In this document: in pieces, positions 58,948 through 64,000 of the stretch
Layout: every line of letters starts with the position of its first letter
Position numbering within the stretch: position 1 is the first letter of the stretch
The notes under the pieces: generated by a model
Seen by the model: only the letters and a program-made list of their open reading frames with translations
Databases searched by the model: none
Told to the model about the DNA's origin: nothing
Translations under genes and position numbers: made by a program
From: Candidatus Woesearchaeota archaeon
GTDB taxonomy: Archaea > Nanobdellota > Nanobdellia > Woesearchaeales > JABIAG01
DNA length: 64,000 bases
Direction: 5' to 3'
Assembly: GCA_018653365.1 (NCBI GenBank)
Contig: JABIAG010000001.1
Location: 698,231 to 762,230 of the forward strand

Positions 58948-59922
58948 ATGACGAAGAAAAAATCATTTTTCAAAGAAAAAACAATAAGTGAATTAAAAGC
59001 AATGAATGTTTGGGGAGTAGAAACCCCAGAAGATTTAGTTGCAACAATACAAGAATTAGGAGATGAAGACGCATTACTGTTAGACTTTGGCCTAACTCCT
59101 GCCAGGTTTGGACCAGATCCAACAGTGGCTTCACGCCGTAATTTAAGACACGGATTTTATTGCAACCTAAACCAACCCTATTCTGCTGAACAAGCAGAAG
59201 CTACAACGGCAATCCCACTAGATATAAGACAAACCAGCATGGACAGAGTATTAGCAAGACAAGAAGAAAATGTTTTCTGTTTGGGATATAGTTTCAGACC
59301 AATAATTGGAGCAGATAGAAGAAGAGTATACGTTCCCTTTTGGAGTGTGATGGAAGGATGTAAAAGAGACACTTACGATCAATGGATAAAACAAAAGTTC
59401 GCACATTTAGGAGCAGGCTCCAGCATAGAGGTATATGATGACAATCCAGTTGTAAAAGTGTCTTCGAGTACAAAAGGCCAGGGCCGTTACAGAATAAGAT
59501 GGAAAAATGTGTGTGTTGACGAGGAAGACAAAAGAGTTAAATGTTGGGGAACCCGACCAGTATACGAAGGAACAGGAGATGTAGAACCAACACATAAAGT
59601 GTATAACATCGCATTAGGAAAAGACCAAGCAATGATCTATCCCCACGATGTTCATTCCCACCAAGTAATCGTTCGTGAACACATGAGAGAGCACAACCTA
59701 CTTCCATTAGAAAGATCACAATATGCTATTCCGTCACGAATGGCTGCTGCTTTCTGGGGAAACCTGGATAGAGTGTTAGTGGCGGATAACGGATTACGAA
59801 AATTACACATAGACGAGAAAAGCATGATGATATCTAGATTAGCCGCAGTCAAGGGTGTTGACGAAGTATTATTTTGGGATGCAGAAAGAGATGGAAGAAT
59901 AAGAGATTATGAATGGAGTTAA
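58948..59922 (+). CDS. hypothetical protein
   Basis: ~324-aa ORF with host codon bias. Confidence 0.65.
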   Translation: MTKKKSFFKEKTISELKAMNVWGVETPEDLVATIQELGDEDALLLDFGLTPARFGPDPTVASRRNLRHGFYCNLNQPYSAEQAEATTAIPLDIRQTSMDRVLARQEENVFCLGYSFRPIIGADRRRVYVPFWSVMEGCKRDTYDQWIKQKFAHLGAGSSIEVYDDNPVVKVSSSTKGQGRYRIRWKNVCVDEEDKRVKCWGTRPVYEGTGDVEPTHKVYNIALGKDQAMIYPHDVHSHQVIVREHMREHNLLPLERSQYAIPSRMAAAFWGNLDRVLVADNGLRKLHIDEKSMMISRLAAVKGVDEVLFWDAERDGRIRDYEWS

Positions 59923-61019
59923 TCCGTTTCCAGTGCTTTAACAGCAGGAAGAGACCGTCCAGCAATAAGATCAAGAAATGCTCCGCCCGCAGTAGTTGAA
60001 TGAGTAAACTTAGTTAAGAAAGATTTCAAAGCCATTGCAGTTTCACCACCCCCAACCAATGATGTAACTTTCGAATTGATCAGGGTTTTAGCTAATAGAT
60101 TAGTTGCTTTAGTAAATCCCCCTTCAACATAACCCATAGGTCCATTCCAAATAACGGTTTTAGCTTTTTTTAGAATTTCTGAATAAATTAGGGTGGTTTG
60201 TTCCCCAATATCATACCCAATACTACTTTTATGCATGTTTTCTACAGGCACAGTTTTCTTATTATCTAACAAAACATCAATCGGCAAAATTATTTTTTTA
60301 TTCTTTATTAATTGTTTAGCTAGAGCAACCTCTTCCTTTTCGTAATAACTTCGACCAACCTCTTGTTTAAGAGCTTTCATAAATGTGAACATCATAGCAC
60401 CACCAATCAGAACTGCATCCGCCCTCTTAATTAATGGGCCGAGAGTGTGAAGCTTGTCAACTTTTTTACTTCCGATTAAAAGAATTAATGGATGTTTTGG
60501 CTTGTTTAATATTTGTCGGGTATTCTTTACTTCCTTTTCTAAATCAAAACCAGGATAAGACGGGAGGAATTTAGTAATAGCAACCATAGAAGCATGCTTT
60601 CGATGAGAATTAGCAAACGCGTCATTAACATAAATATCAGCATATGAAGCTAACACTTTAGCATATCTTGGATTATTCTGTTTTTCGAAAGGATGAAACC
60701 TCAAGTTTTCTAACATTACAAATTTTTCTTTAGGAAGCACAGTTATTGACTCTTCCATAAAAGCTATCTTAGTGTTTAATAGTTTAGACAATCTAAGAGC
60801 AATCTTATCAAAAGAAAGACATTTCTCATATTTTTTAGGCCGGCCACCATGACCCATTATAATAACCTGTTTAGCCTTCTTTAGAAAGTTTAAGGTTGGA
60901 AGAGATTTCATTAATCTAGAATCATCAAGAATTTTACCATCTTTATCTCTTGGCAAATCCAAATCTAAACGGATAATAACCTTCTTATTTTTTATTCTAA
61001 CTTTTTTTAAAGATTTCAT
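59919..61019 (-). CDS. pgk: phosphoglycerate kinase
   Basis: LENLRF, NDAFANSHR, WNGPMG, GGGET, GGAFL. Confidence 0.96.
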   Translation of the reverse strand: MKSLKKVRIKNKKVIIRLDLDLPRDKDGKILDDSRLMKSLPTLNFLKKAKQVIIMGHGGRPKKYEKCLSFDKIALRLSKLLNTKIAFMEESITVLPKEKFVMLENLRFHPFEKQNNPRYAKVLASYADIYVNDAFANSHRKHASMVAITKFLPSYPGFDLEKEVKNTRQILNKPKHPLILLIGSKKVDKLHTLGPLIKRADAVLIGGAMMFTFMKALKQEVGRSYYEKEEVALAKQLIKNKKIILPIDVLLDNKKTVPVENMHKSSIGYDIGEQTTLIYSEILKKAKTVIWNGPMGYVEGGFTKATNLLAKTLINSKVTSLVGGGETAMALKSFLTKFTHSTTAGGAFLDLIAGRSLPAVKALETD

Positions 61020-61023
61020 TTGA

Positions 61024-62007
61024 TTACTTCATCTTTGACATTAAATCAATCATTCGAGTAGAATACCCCCACTCGCTATCATACCATCCAAATACAGTAA
61101 CCATGTTTCCATTAACCATAGTTAATTTTGAATCAAAAATAACAGAACATGAACAACCCACAATATCAGAACTAACCAATTCATCTTCAGAATATTCCAA
61201 AACTTTCATTTTTTTAGACGCTTTCTTAAATGCGTTATTAACCTGTCTAATTGTTGGTTTTTTAGACAAAGTAACTGTGAAGTCTGTTAAAGAACCAACT
61301 GCCAAAGGAACTCTAAGTGCTTTTCCATTAAGTTTGCCCTTCATTTCAGGAATAACTAGCCCCACTGCCTCTGATGCACCAGTAGTGGTAGGAATCATAT
61401 TAACTGCAGCAGCCCGTGCTCTACGCCAATCCTTATGAGGACCATCAATAAGATTCTGGGTAGAAGTATAGGCGTGCGCAGTTGTAAAAAAACCTTTCTT
61501 AATTTTAAAAGCATCATTAAGAACCTTTACCATGGGTGCTAAACAATTAGTTGTACAAGACGCATTTGAAAGAATAACATCCTTTTTTGTTATATCTTTA
61601 TGATTTACTCCCATAACAATAGTTTTAACTGGCTGATCACCCTTAGCAGGTGCAGATATCAATACCTTCTTAGCACCAGCAACAATATGTTGTGAAGCGA
61701 GTTCCCTTGTTCTAAAAAAACCAGTTGATTCACAAACAGTATGGATCTTTAATCGCTTCCAAGGAAGTTTAGTTGGATCCTTTTCAGAAAAAACTTTAAT
61801 CTTATGACCATCAGCAATAATAGTATTTCCTTTCACTCGTACTTTTTTAAATTTAAAAGGTTGAACAGAATCATATTTTAATAAATGCGCCATTAAATTT
61901 ATGTCGCCCAAATCATTAACTGCAACAACATTAACTCGGGGATTCTTTAAGGATGCCTTAAAAACCATCCTGCCAATTCTTCCAAAACCATTAATAGCTA
62001 CACGCAA
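61024..62007 (-). CDS. gap: type I (bacterial-like) glyceraldehyde-3-phosphate dehydrogenase
   Basis: INGFGRIGR, ASCTTNCL; TTG start with GAGGTGA RBS. Confidence 0.97.
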   Translation of the reverse strand: MRVAINGFGRIGRMVFKASLKNPRVNVVAVNDLGDINLMAHLLKYDSVQPFKFKKVRVKGNTIIADGHKIKVFSEKDPTKLPWKRLKIHTVCESTGFFRTRELASQHIVAGAKKVLISAPAKGDQPVKTIVMGVNHKDITKKDVILSNASCTTNCLAPMVKVLNDAFKIKKGFFTTAHAYTSTQNLIDGPHKDWRRARAAAVNMIPTTTGASEAVGLVIPEMKGKLNGKALRVPLAVGSLTDFTVTLSKKPTIRQVNNAFKKASKKMKVLEYSEDELVSSDIVGCSCSVIFDSKLTMVNGNMVTVFGWYDSEWGYSTRMIDLMSKMK

Positions 62008-62078
62008 AATATCACCTCTTACTCATCAATAGAAAAAGTAGTTAATAAGGTTTTTGTTTTTCAATTGAAACTAACATC

Positions 62079-62190
62079 GGGGATAAGGAAAGTTCTTCTG
62101 ACCTCGAGACTGGAGCGAAACCTCGCAGGCTCGAGCTGGAAGAAGAATTTGGGTGGAAGAAACTGCAAGTTTCTGGAACTCTTTATCCCC
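62079..62190 (+). ncRNA. putative structured RNA or palindromic element (multi-stem junction)
   Basis: GGGGATAAGG/CTTTATCCCC, AAGTTCTTCT/AGAAGAATTT, CTCGAG/CTCGAG, AGAAAC/GTTTCT with a GCAA loop. Confidence 0.45.
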
Positions 62191-62364
62191 TGTTCTGTTT
62201 CCCGAAGGGCTAAAATTTAGTGCAACGATGCTGAAGGCAAAATTTTAGAGTTTTTGAGAATGTCGTTTTTGTATTAAGAAATCATATTTTCGGGTGGGCA
62301 TTGTATTAGAGAAGGCACTGGTTTCGTTTTGTTGGGGCTGACTATCTAAGTTTTGCTTCTTTTT

Positions 62365-63120
62365 CTAAAAGAAGATTTTTAGGGGGCTGACTTTTGTTGC
62401 TTTTATCATAATATAAATTGGATTTTTTATATAATCTTGCCAAAAAGTTTTTCCATATTCTTTTATTCCTTCTTCGGAAACAATTCCGTGAATCCATTCG
62501 ACTTTAAATCCCTCGTTTTCCAACAATTTGGTATAAGTCTCTTTTTTCCAATAGTAATTAGTAAACTCGCAATATTTATCTCCTTCAAAACTATGAAGTT
62601 CTGTTAAAACTGAATCTCCTTCTTTTTTGGGACTACTTATCTTTATTCCATATTTGTTATATCCAAAAGCTAAAACATCAGGATTTATGGTTAAAGAGTA
62701 AATAATTCCCTTTTTATTTAATGCACTTGAAATATTTTTTATTAAATTTTTTAACTGATTTAAAGAATTTGAATAATGAAGAATCATAATCCCTGTAATA
62801 ATATCAAACTTTCCAAATTTAGATAAATCTTCTGAAAATATATCACAAACAAAATATTCTATATCTTCTCCGCCAGTTTCTTTTGCCTTTTTTATTAATT
62901 CTTCTGAAACATCAACTCCTATAACCTTTTTTGCACCTAGTGATTTTATCATACGACTGGAAACACCTTCCCCGCATGCAATATCTAAAACTACTTTCCC
63001 CTTAATTTCAGAAATTGCATTTAAAATAGTAGGTTCATATGCGAATTTTCTCATTGGGCGAATTGTAGCTTTTGTATATCCCTTTGCACATTTATTATAC
63101 TCCTCTTTTGCTTTATTCAT
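62365..63120 (-). CDS. class I SAM-dependent methyltransferase
   Basis: VLDIACGEG, GVDVS, FDIIT. Confidence 0.9.
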   Translation of the reverse strand: MNKAKEEYNKCAKGYTKATIRPMRKFAYEPTILNAISEIKGKVVLDIACGEGVSSRMIKSLGAKKVIGVDVSEELIKKAKETGGEDIEYFVCDIFSEDLSKFGKFDIITGIMILHYSNSLNQLKNLIKNISSALNKKGIIYSLTINPDVLAFGYNKYGIKISSPKKEGDSVLTELHSFEGDKYCEFTNYYWKKETYTKLLENEGFKVEWIHGIVSEEGIKEYGKTFWQDYIKNPIYIMIKATKVSPLKIFF

Positions 63121-63743
63121 TTTTTCTCCATTAAACATAACCACCTCTCCCTTTTTCTTTTGCCTTTTCTCCCCATATAGACTTTCTCTGTTTTTTCAAT
63201 TTTGAAATATTTCCCAAAAAGCTTTTGAAAATCCTTTTCTTCTAAAGGATAAACGGTGTTGTCTAAATCTTGGAAATATAAGCTTTCTCTTCCTTGAAAA
63301 AGCAAATCATCTTTACTAAAAGAACAAACTAGAAGTTTTCCATTCTTATTTAAGACCGAACAAATATTTTTTATATATTCTGCTCTTTTTTTTGGTTCGA
63401 TATTGTGCAAAATGGAAATTTCATAAACAAAATCATATTTTTCTTTAATCTCTTTTAATTTAAAAATATCATAAACTTTAAACTGAAGATTTTTGTTTGA
63501 GGAGTATTTTTCTTTGGCCATCTTTATTGCGGTTTCTGATATATCTATTCCTAAAACTTCAAATTCATTTAAAGCCAGATAATTTGAGTAATCTCCAATT
63601 CCGCAACCCATATCTAAAGTTTTGCAAGGCTTTACCCAACCAGATTCAATTAATGATTTAAAAAATTTAGGAACCCCTTCTAAACACCAAGGAAGATTCT
63701 TCCCGAATTTCTTATATATCTTTTCATATCTGTGTTCTTTCAT
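63117..63743 (-). CDS. class I SAM-dependent methyltransferase (TPMT/Methyltransf_25-like)
   Basis: LPW, LDMGCGIG, GIDIS, YDFVYE. Confidence 0.9.
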   Translation of the reverse strand: MKEHRYEKIYKKFGKNLPWCLEGVPKFFKSLIESGWVKPCKTLDMGCGIGDYSNYLALNEFEVLGIDISETAIKMAKEKYSSNKNLQFKVYDIFKLKEIKEKYDFVYEISILHNIEPKKRAEYIKNICSVLNKNGKLLVCSFSKDDLLFQGRESLYFQDLDNTVYPLEEKDFQKLFGKYFKIEKTEKVYMGRKGKRKRERWLCLMEKK

Positions 63744-63752
63744 TTTGCTTTT

Positions 63753-64000
63753 TTATTTTCCCCTCCAATGAACAATCTTCTTTTCCACCAAAATAAAACC
63801 CTTGTTTATTAAAAAACCCAAAATACCAGTAATTAAAATAGTTGCATACATCTCAGAAATTCTATAAACAAGTTGTGCATTTATAATTCTATGTCCTAAT
63901 CCAAAATTAGTTCCTATGAACATCTCAGTTACAATCACTATAACAAGAGACAAGGATATTGCAATTCTCATACCGCTAAAAATCTGAGGTAATGCTTCTG
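63753..64000 (-). CDS. ABC transporter permease (SsuC/TauC type), 5' end outside the window
   Basis: ALPQIFSGMRIAI...TEMF...GLG C-terminal permease signature. Confidence 0.85.
   Translation of the reverse strand, partial: EALPQIFSGMRIAISLSLVIVIVTEMFIGTNFGLGHRIINAQLVYRISEMYATILITGILGFLINKGFILVEKKIVHWRGK

Overview
Chromosomal segment of a small-genome, AT-rich archaeon, most consistent with a DPANN Woesearchaeota/Pacearchaeota-like lineage. This call is inferred from archaeal markers (ZPR1, Rnp4, Dph2/Dph6, type II MAP, TrmB, TATA promoters, BHB tRNA introns) mixed with bacterial-type GAPDH, RpiB and MetRS. Housekeeping content: grpE-dnaK-dnaJ, porG-A-B, metG, rnhB plus a second RNase H, apt, map, rpiB/rpe-tkt, pgk-gap, tRNA-Ile(GAT). 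The most notable observations are: (1) an 830-aa protein built from five ~104-aa near-identical, mosaic tandem repeats with short hypervariable patches, fused to a SAM-methyltransferase-like domain and followed by a PD-(D/E)XK-like gene, a candidate modular recognition/modification system; (2) a tRNA-Asn(GTT) gene interrupted by four bulge-helix-bulge introns, with a leader complementary to exon 2; (3) two dissimilar free-standing LAGLIDADG genes 33 kb apart that share the same upstream architecture (CACTGGACA boxes, TATA, RBS-sequestering hairpin); (4) AsnB-Dph6 and Rpe-transketolase fusions; (5) a structured RNA-like element at the edge of a compositionally distinct island. Four accessory genes are broken by small indels or a 35-bp duplication, which may be real or assembly error. 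All calls come from motif reading only; no searches were run.
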